The notes: generated by a model from the sequence alone, not told the origin. A DNA stretch of 64,000 bases from a virus (IMGVR_UViG_3300030118_004474:24182-88181); one strand, 5' to 3'; numbered from the stretch's first letter, positions 1 through 9,553 are shown. Translations and numbers: made by a program.

Positions 1-279
1 TTTTGCCATCTTTGGTTGAATATTTCTTATAGTTTGTTCAATAGTCTTATTAGTTCCTGACTCCAACTCCTTTTTTAGTTTTTTAGCCGCTTTTTGATAG
101 CGTTTTTGGGCTGGTTCTTTCCACGCATAAAATGTAGAATAAGGACTAGCCATAAATAGTCCGTGGTCTTCATCTAAAAACTCCCAAATAATTGCCTCAA
201 TTAATCGTGTGCGGCACTCGTCCGCAGTTTTGGGTTCCTCATCGCTATCGTAGGTGGTGTCTAAATATGCTGTCGTCAT
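1..279 (-). CDS. Hypothetical protein, truncated by the window edge (MTTAYLDTTYDSDEEPK...)
   Basis: Read manually: ATG at 279 overlaps the upstream stop (ATGA coupling) and the frame stays open to base 1. Confidence 0.6.
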   Translation of the reverse strand, partial: MTTAYLDTTYDSDEEPKTADECRTRLIEAIIWEFLDEDHGLFMASPYSTFYAWKEPAQKRYQKAAKKLKKELESGTNKTIEQTIRNIQPKMAK

Positions 280-530
280 GCAGACTTCTCCTTATACCTC
301 GGATGATTCTTAGGCAAGCGATGTAGGCGGCGTTCACTCATATTTTGCATATACTGAGCAACACTAGCAACACTACTAGCCCAACGCTTTTCCGCCACTT
401 CATCATTTTCGGGAACCATTTGATACTTTAAGTCAACTAAGGCATTGGCGATTAAATCGCTATCTAACAACACTTGAAGAATTTCATACTCACCGTGAGT
501 GACTGTTCTAATCCTCGTCATCACAACCAC
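276..530 (-). CDS. Hypothetical protein
   Basis: ORF in a tightly packed minus-strand operon. Confidence 0.55.
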   Translation of the reverse strand: MVVMTRIRTVTHGEYEILQVLLDSDLIANALVDLKYQMVPENDEVAEKRWASSVASVAQYMQNMSERRLHRLPKNHPRYKEKSA

Positions 531-675
531 AATCCCCGTTTAAATCATCCATAGCCATAATATATCCTGCTAAGGTAAAACATGCCTTTTCAAGTTCAAA
601 ACTAAATGTTTTGTTGAACTTCTTTGCCTCCTCAGTTAGACGAATGAATTCATCGTAAATTTTTTCTAAATTCAT
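508..675 (-). CDS. Small hypothetical protein, 55 aa (MNLEKIYDEF...)
   Basis: Read manually; fills the gap between neighbours, ATGA overlap, GAGGTGA RBS upstream. Confidence 0.5.
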   Translation of the reverse strand: MNLEKIYDEFIRLTEEAKKFNKTFSFELEKACFTLAGYIMAMDDLNGDCGCDDED

Positions 676-896
676 TCTTTCACCTCGTCCTGCATTTTCA
701 AATATCCCAAGCGAACATCAGCGAGACTAATCCTAGTTGTCGGACCATTTCTTTCTCCTGAAGCAACACCAGTATAACGAACTAGTTGTTTGAGTATTTG
801 CTCACATCTAACTTGTAGTTCCTCAACTGCTTCCGCCTTGATTCCTCTTCCAGTTTCTTCTTTTACAATTCTTCTAATTTCTCTTACACTAACCAT
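672..896 (-). CDS. Putative archaeal histone-fold protein
   Basis: 74 aa; IRRIVKE...IKAEAVEEL...RISLADVRLG parallels HMf-type IGRIIK...VSDDA...RKTIKAEDIELA, with three-helix spacing. Confidence 0.55.
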   Translation of the reverse strand: MVSVREIRRIVKEETGRGIKAEAVEELQVRCEQILKQLVRYTGVASGERNGPTTRISLADVRLGYLKMQDEVKE

Positions 897-1309
897 TTTT
901 TAAACTCTCCTTTGTTATAAAAAGTTTGGATGCCTGAACTGGTTAAGTTCCAAGCAACCCATAATTGTCCTGTGCCGTAGGATATTTCCATACAAGCCCA
1001 GTCCTTCTTTACAGTTCCTAAATTCTTTACATCTACCATATTTCCATATATCATTCTATACAACATACTAACATGATTAACGTTATCATGTAAATATTGT
1101 ATTACTAAATGTTCTTGAACATTTACCCATTCCTCTTCTGAGTAATATTCTCCCGTCCCCTTACAGATTTTACATTTATTCCCATCACAAATGGGACAAA
1201 CATACCTTCTATCATAGACGGGAAACCTTACTACCTTTTTTAATTCAGCGGGAATTTGTCTGTCTCTACGATTTTCGTCATCACTTCTCTTCCCTGTTTT
1301 TTCTCCCAT
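884..1309 (-). CDS. Zn-finger protein with DnaJ-like CxxCxG motifs
   Basis: CPICDGNKCKICKGTG; likely start MGEKTG at 1309 after a GAGGTTG RBS. Confidence 0.6.
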   Translation of the reverse strand: MGEKTGKRSDDENRRDRQIPAELKKVVRFPVYDRRYVCPICDGNKCKICKGTGEYYSEEEWVNVQEHLVIQYLHDNVNHVSMLYRMIYGNMVDVKNLGTVKKDWACMEISYGTGQLWVAWNLTSSGIQTFYNKGEFKKWLV

Positions 1310-1782
1310 ATCAACCTCTCCTCTCCACCTAGAACAATTGCTTGGTTTAGAATAGGTCGCCATGTTCTCAACGTTCTCCTATCGGTTCCCGACCAAAAGG
1401 CAACTCCAAACGGGTGGGTATGAATCCAAGACTTTAGGGGAAGTTTCATTCCTGAAACCATAACTCCTCCGTAGTCAACCAGTCCGGGCGAACCGGAATT
1501 CATAAACAGTCTATCATTAGCGTCAACAATAACGCTTACTTCTAAACCACCTAACACTTCTACCGAGGCCTCCCAAATTTTATCTAAGAATAAAGGGCTT
1601 CCTGCGTCAGGCATTCCACTAAAAAGCAGATGCCGCCAAGCATCATGTATAGGTTTCTGCCAAACATCGGCAGGAACATCAGTCCATCGTTCATTCAAAT
1701 TACCTACGGGTTCCTTGATATTATTTCCAAGGAAAAACCCGTGGTAGTCGTTCTCAATTTTTTCTTCCATTTTTTCATTCAT
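1240..1782 (-). CDS. JAB/MPN+ (JAMM) metalloprotease, Ubl-processing or deconjugating
   Basis: Complete JAMM motif: E (GLEVSV) ... WIHTHPFGVAFWSGTD (HxH-x7-S-x2-D). Confidence 0.85.
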   Translation of the reverse strand: MNEKMEEKIENDYHGFFLGNNIKEPVGNLNERWTDVPADVWQKPIHDAWRHLLFSGMPDAGSPLFLDKIWEASVEVLGGLEVSVIVDANDRLFMNSGSPGLVDYGGVMVSGMKLPLKSWIHTHPFGVAFWSGTDRRTLRTWRPILNQAIVLGGEERLIWEKKQGREVMTKIVETDKFPLN

Positions 1783-1970
1783 TCTATCACTTCCATTTCT
1801 AATAGTCTTTTTGTTAAGTATTGACAATGTTCCGGCAAGGCGTGAACCTGTCCACTTACTCCATATCCGGCAACATAAATAGCGGGTTCTCCCTCAATTA
1901 TAGTCTGAAAACATAATCGGCAATAAGTCCGACCTGTTCCCATTTTAACACCAAATGCAACCGCCATCAA
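1779..1970 (-). CDS. Small Zn-finger protein
   Basis: GRTYCRLCFQTI...H...HC pattern. Confidence 0.5.
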   Translation of the reverse strand: MMAVAFGVKMGTGRTYCRLCFQTIIEGEPAIYVAGYGVSGQVHALPEHCQYLTKRLLEMEVIE

Positions 1971-2123
1971 ACAGTCCTCCTGTTCATTCCTCTTCCCCCA
2001 AAATTTTTTCTTCTACTTCCTTTTGTGTTTTCAAATCATTTAGAAGAAACTTGATTTTTCCCTTCCAAGTCTTTCTTTCTTCTTCTGCCATTTCTTCAAT
2101 GTATTTCCCTTTCTTCATTTTTC

Positions 2124-2360
2124 TCACTCCAATGGATGGTCAATGTCTTTATCTCCAAGCACCCAACGAAGAGCCTTAACCACGCCCTCCAATGCTTTGT
2201 AGTTCCTCATGTGGTACATCCGTTTCTTCTTCGGCCCGTCCAACATGGACATGTAGTGTGAGTTCTGTTTGCGCTCGGCCTTATCCAGCATGGTTTCAAT
2301 ATCATGCCAAGTTTTATCATAAGCGAAGTGTTCGCTGTCTTGGTGGTCGCTCATTGTCAT
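2124..2360 (-). CDS. Hypothetical protein
   Basis: GAGGAAG RBS; helical ORF in the operon. Confidence 0.6.
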   Translation of the reverse strand: MTMSDHQDSEHFAYDKTWHDIETMLDKAERKQNSHYMSMLDGPKKKRMYHMRNYKALEGVVKALRWVLGDKDIDHPLE

Positions 2361-2830
2361 TCTTCTTCCTCCTTTAAAATGGATGGGTATTCATCGGTAT
2401 ATATCAACCTATCAGCAATCCATTGTATGATTTGTTTCCTGTTCATGCGCTCCACCCATTTACAATCTCGGCGTGTTCTTCGCAACAAGCAAAACCTTCG
2501 GGGATTTCAATACCGTGAGTCATGCAGGATGGTTCACCACACACATCACAGGTGATATAGTAGGGAGACTCAAGTTCAATTTTACAGGTCTTACACTTCA
2601 TTCTTCTTCCCCCGAATAATCTTTTAATACCCTATGTATAATCTCGGACATAAGCCCTATAAACACAATCATAACCGTTAGTGTAATTACAGGGTTCATT
2701 CTTCTTCACCTAATCCTCTGAATCGTCGCCATAGTGCATATAGATACCTCCCTGCAACTGCTAGCACTAATAAGTCTAAAAGGATTCCTACTGTAATAAA
2801 TATCATCATTTCTGTTTCCATGTCTTCACC

Positions 2831-3382
2831 TCAAATACTCAACTGAATATGTTTCTTGACATCTTCACCAGCAAACCAACGCTGAATCCATTGTGCTCCC
2901 ATACCAGCAATAGCAACGTGGGTAAAGTGAATATCCCCTGCGGAACCATCCCAACTATCACCTTGGCAACTAAACGAACCATCAGGTCCAACATTCAACA
3001 TAGAAAGAATGTTTGGGTCTTCTTCGTAAGAAACCAATAACCCGTTTCTTCCCTGTGCTCTTAGGTCAAGCCAAGACATGCCCGTTTTGTAAAGCATCTG
3101 TCGCACAGCCAAATTATCTGCACAACAAACCACTAGGTCGTAGTTTGAAATTTGATTCTGCGTTAGCACCTTGTAAGGTTGTGGGATAACATAGGGCCAA
3201 CCTGCAAAGCAAGAAACCTTGTGTTTATCCAGCATACTGTCAGTAAAATTTTGATAGGTCAAATTCTTTTGTTCTACGGTGTCCGGGTCAAAGACCGTTA
3301 ACTCATAGATACCAGTTCTAGCCAAACAAGGAATCAAATGTGAACCTATTCCTCCTGCTCCAATTATCAATACTTTTCTCAT
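2831..3382 (-). CDS. ThiF/MoeB/E1-family ubiquitin-like activating enzyme
   Basis: VLIIGAGGIGS Rossmann loop, FDPDTVEQKNLTYQ, K, DLVVCCADNLAVR; candidate catalytic Cys in GSFSCQ. Confidence 0.9.
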   Translation of the reverse strand: MRKVLIIGAGGIGSHLIPCLARTGIYELTVFDPDTVEQKNLTYQNFTDSMLDKHKVSCFAGWPYVIPQPYKVLTQNQISNYDLVVCCADNLAVRQMLYKTGMSWLDLRAQGRNGLLVSYEEDPNILSMLNVGPDGSFSCQGDSWDGSAGDIHFTHVAIAGMGAQWIQRWFAGEDVKKHIQLSI

Positions 3383-4023
3383 ATTATTTCCTCCAATTTT
3401 TTATTATATTTTAGCACGGTTTGTCTGCTAATATAGAAAGCCCGTGCAACTTTCCTTAGCGATAAATTCGTCGTCCTATAAACACAAGCAGACAATATAT
3501 TCATGTTTATGTCAATTTTTTTAGATAACGCCCCTACAAAACTACCTATTGTTTTACATTCTTCTTCATCTAAATTAAGCGGTAGATTTCTTAGTAAGGC
3601 TTCCCATTCAGGCGGCCTATAAATTTCTGTTTCTTTTAGTCTCCCAAGTAGCGTCTTTACTGTTTTAGGGCGGACGCCCATATATGCACAATAATGTTTT
3701 AGTCTAGATACTTGGTTAGTATTACCCATGTATATGTGTAGGGATAAAACCGCTAGTGTATTTGAAGTATATCTGCTACTTCTGTATAGATTGATATAAC
3801 TACTTCGGTATATTCTTTTTACCGCCTCTATGTCTTCTACTCCGTATTCTCTACAAAGTATAACCAAGTCAACCATTTCTCTATCTACGGGTTTCTCACT
3901 TAAGGAAACCGAATATATTCTTGGAACCACGAACGAACCACACTCACGACATTTTATTGCCTGAGAGCCAGTCAATAACATTTTTTGTGGACGGTTTGAA
4001 GTTCTGCAAACTAAGCACTCCAT
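3379..4023 (-). CDS. Transcription factor B (TFB/TFIIB)-like protein
   Basis: N-terminal Zn ribbon (CLVC...CRECG), two cyclin-like helical repeats, C-terminal HTH (SACVY...SLRKVARAFYISRQTVLKYNKKL). The start may be 4068. Confidence 0.65.
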   Translation of the reverse strand: MECLVCRTSNRPQKMLLTGSQAIKCRECGSFVVPRIYSVSLSEKPVDREMVDLVILCREYGVEDIEAVKRIYRSSYINLYRSSRYTSNTLAVLSLHIYMGNTNQVSRLKHYCAYMGVRPKTVKTLLGRLKETEIYRPPEWEALLRNLPLNLDEEECKTIGSFVGALSKKIDINMNILSACVYRTTNLSLRKVARAFYISRQTVLKYNKKLEEII

Positions 4024-5308
4024 CTTTGAAATCCTCCTCAAATCTTTTTTTACCAAAGTATTTATCATAACCTCTTAGGGTAGAAACACTATCAATGTTC
4101 TTTTTATCATTTATTAGAACCATCACCCTAGAGGCTATTTGGTCGCCAACACTAACCCGTGATTCGGTTTGGTCAATACAGATACTACCTAGACTACGAT
4201 ATAGGTTTTTACCGTCCGAATAAATTTGTGATGAAAAGTAATCTTCGGTATTATTGATTTGAATTCTATAAGTCTTAGACAACAACTTTTGCCAACTTTC
4301 AAACGATTCCTTATCCCCATGTTTTGCGAATACCTTTAACGCTGTTAGCATCTTTTCGTCATCTTTAGGAATGATGTGTTCTAAGCATATAGTCTGAACA
4401 TCTTGTCTTCCAGTCACAACATGTTTTCCTTTTTCATGTCTAGTTATCACCATCCAACATGCTCCCGGTCCACGAACATAAAGACCGTGAGAAGCACCGG
4501 GACGACCAGTATTGACTGTTAATTCGTGAACGTTAGGAAACGACTTGTGAAGTTTTTCTACAAGTTCCATGCTTCTTTTCGTCACTAAATTAGTAGACTT
4601 ATTTTGAATCATAAATGCTTCAATTATCTTTTCTTGAGAATCAGTTAAAAATTTACCCGTTGATTGATGATATAGGTTCTGAAAAGGTATTGCCGTGTAT
4701 TTGTTGTGAGAACCCTGACATGCTCTTATGAACATAACTGCTTGTTTAAAGGGCATTTCAAACCATATATCGGTATAGAGTTGAATCGCTACTGAATCTG
4801 GCCCAGTTCTCTCTAAATCCAACAGAGTCTCTACTCGCTCCTTTTTTGATGTAAAAAAGGTATATTTAATTTTATTAACCATCGCAGAAGTAATTTCCGT
4901 AGGGGTTTCCATAAAATTACACACATCGTCATCAATTTCTTCGCTATCTTTATACTTGGGCATCTTGTAAATGATAATTTGTAGTAGTCTTACCAAGTTT
5001 TTTAGAGAAATCTTATCCCCGTTAATAAAATATGAACGGCCCTTTTTTGCTATCCTAACATTTTTTGTTGATTCTAAATCACCCATAACACAAAAAGCAA
5101 GTTCACCGTGTAGGAATCCCTTGATTGTTCTAGTGAAACTTTTGTCGTCTAATGCTGAGGTATCAAAATTATTTCGTCTATATCTATATCTATATCCCCT
5201 ACTAGGGTTTGGGTTAACCCAACCATTTTTATTAGTAAATACTATTGGGTTTCCTACTCTTTGGCCTCTTCTTCCCCTAAAATGTATTGTAGTTTTTATT
5301 GGTGTCAT
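3944..5308 (-). CDS. Hypothetical protein (454 aa) with C-terminal conserved-Cys domain (ICID...GDQIASR...ND)
   Basis: Long ORF in the operon with TFB and E1; motif shared with several late proteins. Confidence 0.75.
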   Translation of the reverse strand: MTPIKTTIHFRGRRGQRVGNPIVFTNKNGWVNPNPSRGYRYRYRRNNFDTSALDDKSFTRTIKGFLHGELAFCVMGDLESTKNVRIAKKGRSYFINGDKISLKNLVRLLQIIIYKMPKYKDSEEIDDDVCNFMETPTEITSAMVNKIKYTFFTSKKERVETLLDLERTGPDSVAIQLYTDIWFEMPFKQAVMFIRACQGSHNKYTAIPFQNLYHQSTGKFLTDSQEKIIEAFMIQNKSTNLVTKRSMELVEKLHKSFPNVHELTVNTGRPGASHGLYVRGPGACWMVITRHEKGKHVVTGRQDVQTICLEHIIPKDDEKMLTALKVFAKHGDKESFESWQKLLSKTYRIQINNTEDYFSSQIYSDGKNLYRSLGSICIDQTESRVSVGDQIASRVMVLINDKKNIDSVSTLRGYDKYFGKKRFEEDFKDGVLSLQNFKPSTKNVIDWLSGNKMS

Positions 5309-5550
5309 TCATCCACCTCCGAGTAGTAGATTTGTTCAGAAAGGTAACCATCGCAAATCTGAGTAAGTTTCTCTTGAATCTGTTTAGCAATAGCAGGTAT
5401 AGTATTCCTGTGTAGGGCCAACCAAATTCTCTCTGTTTCATTCATTATGATTGTAATGCCGGTGCTACCCTTTTTAGTAATCACCATTGGTGGCATATCA
5501 TTATCACGAACTATTTTATATTCAATAGTTTTTTCTGTCATTTCTTTCAC
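5305..5550 (-). CDS. Hypothetical protein
   Basis: Operonic ORF with overlapping stop/start. Confidence 0.6.
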   Translation of the reverse strand: MKEMTEKTIEYKIVRDNDMPPMVITKKGSTGITIIMNETERIWLALHRNTIPAIAKQIQEKLTQICDGYLSEQIYYSEVDE

Positions 5551-5737
5551 CTAGTTTTTTCATATATTCTAGCGGGCTTTCCTTGAGGGTCTGCCTACTC
5601 ACCGTTACGTGAGGAAATTGCTCAAACAAATGCGGCAATACCTCAAATAGTTTATCTTCTATTTCATAATTTTTAGTCCACACAGAGCCATTGGCTTTAA
5701 AGACCGTCACTCTATATAAGATGTTTTCATTTTCCAT
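5522..5737 (-). CDS. Hypothetical protein
   Basis: Operonic ORF, GGAGG RBS. Confidence 0.55.
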   Translation of the reverse strand: MENENILYRVTVFKANGSVWTKNYEIEDKLFEVLPHLFEQFPHVTVSRQTLKESPLEYMKKLGERNDRKNY

Positions 5738-5961
5738 AATATCATTCCTCCTTTTTCTATTTTTTCATATTTTTTTTCTGTTTTAATTAAGCATCGGATT
5801 TGCATGGTGGTAGGAACGTTTGTTCTTTTACCTCCTCTATCCGAGCGATATTGTTCAAATTTTTCTCTGATGTTTTCTGCTGTTCGCTCCTTGCCATCAG
5901 CCATAATTCTGTCAATCACCCAAAAGACCTGCTTTCGGTGTCTTTTTCTTCTAGTGGTCAT
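5707..5961 (-). CDS. Small winged-helix-like DNA-binding protein
   Basis: IDRIMADGKERTAENIRE...VPTTMQIRCLI...W pattern; similar to 54074..54334. Confidence 0.6.
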   Translation of the reverse strand: MTTRRKRHRKQVFWVIDRIMADGKERTAENIREKFEQYRSDRGGKRTNVPTTMQIRCLIKTEKKYEKIEKGGMILWKMKTSYIE

Positions 5962-7835
5962 AGTTCACAAGCCCCACCAGCACAAGCCAATTCTCCTGTT
6001 AAGTCGGTATTGTCCTCACTCTCAAAGACTTGAGACAAATCAATATCCGATAGACATTGCTTCAATTCATTGTAGTGTTCCTCGTCAATTGTTTCAAATG
6101 GAGCCTGTTTGTAGGTTCCTCCATCGTAGGGCAGAACAGATAAACCGTTGTAAGCATGTCGGTTATCCCACATCCATTGGCCCACTTCTTCCCACTCTTC
6201 TTCTTTCAAAGAAACCGTGGCAGAAACATTGTGTGTGTTAATTCCATCATTGTGTCCTTCCTTAACCCAAGTCTTGCTAACCAAGGCAATACGATTTAAC
6301 ATTGACAAAGCAGACTCTCCACGAATAGTTGCTCCTTCGGGTGCGGCTTGAGGCACGGAAAGAATGGCTGTATCGTGTGGTCGGAAATAACAATCCTCAA
6401 CCAATTCAGGCAAGTTATTCAGCAGGTAAGGATAAATTGCTTCGTCCTTTCCAACCCGTAGGCGGCGAATGTAATACTTATCGTGCCACGAATGAATACC
6501 ACTAGAAGTTCCCAGCACTAGGGAAGTAGTCCCAGCAGGTTTCACACAGGTTAACCTAGCCGCCTTATTTATTTTGAAATTACCAGCCCAATAAGCATTA
6601 ACTTTACGCACAATATCTGCGGCCTTTCTCAAGTTAATATCCGACAGAATTTTGTGTCCTTTTTCATCAGTAGGATTGCTTGCTATTCCAGTCATACTAA
6701 CCCCCAGTAAAGCATCCCTTTCGGTATTGCGTTTCCAAACCTCTCTTAGATAGTGAAAATCTGTATAGGTGGCCTGCAAGGTAGCAAGGAAAGTAGCCAA
6801 AGAGACACGCTCAAAAAAGTCTGCCGTATCAACTAGATTACTAGCATTAATCTCTACCAAATTACAGAACTGATACGGACGAAGTGCAATTTCACAGCAT
6901 GGATTTGTCCCCCAGTCTTTGTCGTTGCTAAAGTAAATGCCCGGTTCGCCGCTTCCACTAGCCTTAATACGTTCCCACAACGCATTGAAGAATTGTTGGT
7001 CTGCTCGGCTACGAATCAAAACTGCTGAGTTATTTGCTCGTCCTCTTTCGGGATGAGTTTCCCACCAATTACCCGACTTACAGGAAATCATGTCGTTGTC
7101 ATCTGCACTAAAAAGACTAATCAAAGCCGCACGACGAATTCCACCAGCCAAAACCGCATCAGCAATAATACACATAATATCGTGAACTTGGATAGGTTTT
7201 AGTTGAGTATTTGTTTCGTGTTCTTTGAGGATATTTTCAACCTTTACTAAACATTCTCGTAGGGGAGCAGGACCCGGAGCCTTTCCACCGGAGGTGATTA
7301 GCGGGGTTCCTTTCTTACGAATATCTGAATAGTCAAAAATGGGTGTGCTTTTTGTTACACCAAAATAACTCTTCATCAGAACCTTAACTGCGTCAGCCCA
7401 ACCTTCTATTGAATCGCCAATAAGATACCTGCGAGTTCGGTTAGGGTTTGGGTGCTGAACTTCCGGAAGCATTTCAATATGGTGTCGCTGAACTGAATAT
7501 CCAACACCAGTTCCACCCAACAAAAGAAACATTGATTCACTAAATGCGTCAATGTGCTCAATTGGTAGATAAGCGCAGTTGTAGATTCGGTTAGGACTAG
7601 TTTCAATTGGCTTTCCGGCAAATTGCATTGACCTCATAGATGGTAAGATTTTCTTACTCCTTACCATTTCGTAGACATCTCTAATAGTCTCCTCCCATTT
7701 AGGGAACTTTTTGATGTGCATTTGCATGTTTCGCTCGCACAATTCTTCCCATGTTTCTCTTCTCATTTCGTCTATTTTATACTTAGCATACTTCATATGC
7801 ACAGTAATGTTGCTTAAAATCTCTTTTTCATTCAT
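5958..7835 (-). CDS. nrdJ: Class II (adenosylcobalamin-dependent) ribonucleotide reductase
   Basis: ILPSMR, NCAY, GGIRRAA, GEPG, TNPCCEI (catalytic NPCxE), CVKPAGTTS, C-terminal ACAGGACEL redox pair. Confidence 0.95.
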   Translation of the reverse strand: MNEKEILSNITVHMKYAKYKIDEMRRETWEELCERNMQMHIKKFPKWEETIRDVYEMVRSKKILPSMRSMQFAGKPIETSPNRIYNCAYLPIEHIDAFSESMFLLLGGTGVGYSVQRHHIEMLPEVQHPNPNRTRRYLIGDSIEGWADAVKVLMKSYFGVTKSTPIFDYSDIRKKGTPLITSGGKAPGPAPLRECLVKVENILKEHETNTQLKPIQVHDIMCIIADAVLAGGIRRAALISLFSADDNDMISCKSGNWWETHPERGRANNSAVLIRSRADQQFFNALWERIKASGSGEPGIYFSNDKDWGTNPCCEIALRPYQFCNLVEINASNLVDTADFFERVSLATFLATLQATYTDFHYLREVWKRNTERDALLGVSMTGIASNPTDEKGHKILSDINLRKAADIVRKVNAYWAGNFKINKAARLTCVKPAGTTSLVLGTSSGIHSWHDKYYIRRLRVGKDEAIYPYLLNNLPELVEDCYFRPHDTAILSVPQAAPEGATIRGESALSMLNRIALVSKTWVKEGHNDGINTHNVSATVSLKEEEWEEVGQWMWDNRHAYNGLSVLPYDGGTYKQAPFETIDEEHYNELKQCLSDIDLSQVFESEDNTDLTGELACAGGACEL

Positions 7836-7886
7836 TCATTTTCCCCTCCTTGGGTAGTTGGAAGTAGTAAATAGATTGTTTATAAA

Positions 7887-8192
7887 TCATTCTACTAGCC
7901 TCCAAGTTGTTTCTTTTTTGTTCTTTCCGTCTTCGGTAAAATACCTTTCTTCTATTTTTTCAAAACTTTCGTGGTAGCCCAGAACATTTGCTAACGCTCC
8001 GGATGTAATACCATACCGAGTGTTGGAGTTTAACCAGTCTCTAATCTGAAGAAAAGATGCCTCGTTATCTTCACAACTCTTTAGATATTTTTTAATCCAC
8101 CTTATGTTATTGAAATGTTTATTATTTCCGACCCTTGGGGGTCCTCTGTTTTCAAATTTTATACTTTGATTATGTGTTCCCATATTTATCAC
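7887..8192 (-). CDS. Winged-helix-like DNA-binding protein
   Basis: ASFLQIRDWLN...GITSGALANVL...FEK...WRL. Confidence 0.55.
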   Translation of the reverse strand: MINMGTHNQSIKFENRGPPRVGNNKHFNNIRWIKKYLKSCEDNEASFLQIRDWLNSNTRYGITSGALANVLGYHESFEKIEERYFTEDGKNKKETTWRLVE

Positions 8193-8213
8193 TTCTTTTT
8201 ATTATTGAGTAGG

Positions 8214-8297
8214 TGCTGGGGGCAGGATTTGAACCTGCGAACCTTTGAGGACAGGAGTTTAAGCCCTGCGCTTTTAACCATACTCAGCCACCCCAGC
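8214..8297 (-). tRNA. tRNA-Leu (anticodon TAA)
   Basis: Reverse complement GCTGGGG...CAGGG-CTTAAAC-TCCTG, long variable arm, GGTTCAAATCC T-loop, CCCCAGC-A acceptor. Confidence 0.92.
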
Positions 8298-8303
8298 GTT
8301 TAA

Positions 8304-8375
8304 CGGGCGTAGGAGGAATTGAACCCCCATCTCCGGCTTAGAAGGCCGGAATGCTATCCTTTACACCATACGCCC
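8304..8375 (-). tRNA. tRNA-Arg (anticodon TCT)
   Basis: Reverse complement GGGCGTA...CCGGC-CTTCTAA-GCCGG...GGTTCAATTCC...TACGCCC-G. Confidence 0.93.
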
Positions 8376-8382
8376 TTAGAAT

Positions 8383-8670
8383 TTAATGTCCCTTACAATT
8401 GGGACAACAATCATTGTCATCTACTATTTTTTGTGGCGGTTTGCCTACAAATAGTCTCCAACATCCAAAGTCCATTCGTTGAAAGTTTTTACAACCTCCT
8501 CCGTTTTCGCATTGGTATCTAAAAAATGGAGCATCAGGCTTGCTACATGCACACAATTGGCGTTCGCACGAAGCCCAAGGTTCCATTAATATTAATTCTT
8601 CTTCATTACTAAATCTTCTTTTCATTATTCTTCCTCCAACATATCTATCCATTCGTCTTTTATTTTCCAT
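8383..8670 (-). CDS. Cys-rich hypothetical protein
   Basis: Multiple Cys clusters including CPNCKG. Confidence 0.5.
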   Translation of the reverse strand: MENKRRMDRYVGGRIMKRRFSNEEELILMEPWASCERQLCACSKPDAPFFRYQCENGGGCKNFQRMDFGCWRLFVGKPPQKIVDDNDCCPNCKGH

Positions 8671-8825
8671 TTTACATAACTTACTTTATCTATTTTTATT
8701 CTATCTAAGTGGGCGTCAACCTCTATGTTTCCACACCCACAAATTGTGAAATATTTATACTTGTTTTTTACAAGCACATTTTTTTCGCATATTTTACAAT
8801 GCAATAATACGTCAATTTTAGGCAT
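8625..8825 (-). CDS. Small Zn-ribbon protein
   Basis: CKIC...CGCGNIEVD; probable start MPKID at 8825. Confidence 0.55.
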   Translation of the reverse strand: MPKIDVLLHCKICEKNVLVKNKYKYFTICGCGNIEVDAHLDRIKIDKVSYVKWKIKDEWIDMLEEE

Positions 8826-9171
8826 TTTCCCACTCTTCCCAAGTTTGAGACGAATTATCAATCTCCGCCGTATCTGAAAGCCCTGCTTCATCGTCTTGAT
8901 ATTTTTCGTCGGGTTTCATACTTATCCAACCTCTATCTAGGGCCATTGTTATCAACTTTTCCGGTATTTCTTTACCATTATTGCTGAGAAAATCACACAA
9001 CACTAACCATTCTTCTGCCGATGCAGAGTATATTTCGTCGTGTAAATAAAACCCTTCAATTATACCATCTACTTTGATGGTCTTTTTTATTTTCTTTTGG
9101 TTATAGTAGTCCCTACGGTATTCTAATATTGCTCTGGGTGTTTCAATTAACATCTTTAGTAGCCACAGCAT
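8818..9171 (-). CDS. Hypothetical protein
   Basis: Operonic ORF. Confidence 0.55.
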   Translation of the reverse strand: MLWLLKMLIETPRAILEYRRDYYNQKKIKKTIKVDGIIEGFYLHDEIYSASAEEWLVLCDFLSNNGKEIPEKLITMALDRGWISMKPDEKYQDDEAGLSDTAEIDNSSQTWEEWENA

Positions 9172-9538
9172 TTTTAGAAGCCTCCGCCTTTAATTTATTA
9201 TAGTTCTTTAAATTTTGATTATATTTGAATTCAAAATAATTTACTGTTCCGTTCAAGTGACTTCTAATTGTTGCTAAGTCTCTTTTACCTAGAGTATTAA
9301 ACAGTTGTTTATCTAATTTATGATAACCGCTTTTGTTATGAAGCGACCAAATATAGGTAATAACAGTACCTTTAGGTCTGTTCTTTCTATTTGGTTCCCT
9401 GTAAGTTAGATATATTTCTTCTTCTAACATATATTCCGAAATTTGTTTTTTTGTCCATCTCATAATATCACCTTTTGGGGTTTTTACAGAACCCCTTAAC
9501 TGGCACTTCTTTTTCTTCTTAGTGCGAGAATAGAACAA
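9143..9538 (-). CDS. Hypothetical protein (true start probably MRWTKK near 9463)
   Basis: AGGTGA RBS precedes the internal Met. Confidence 0.55.
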   Translation of the reverse strand: MFYSRTKKKKKCQLRGSVKTPKGDIMRWTKKQISEYMLEEEIYLTYREPNRKNRPKGTVITYIWSLHNKSGYHKLDKQLFNTLGKRDLATIRSHLNGTVNYFEFKYNQNLKNYNKLKAEASKNAVATKDVN

Positions 9539-9553
9539 CGAACTGATTAGTCC

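Noticed and set aside
2831-3382. ThiF as a simple thiamine/molybdopterin auxiliary metabolic gene
   Set aside because: No thiG, moaE or sulfurtransferase in the window, and the Ubl has a masked GG with a JAB protease nearby; not fully excluded without the rest of the genome.
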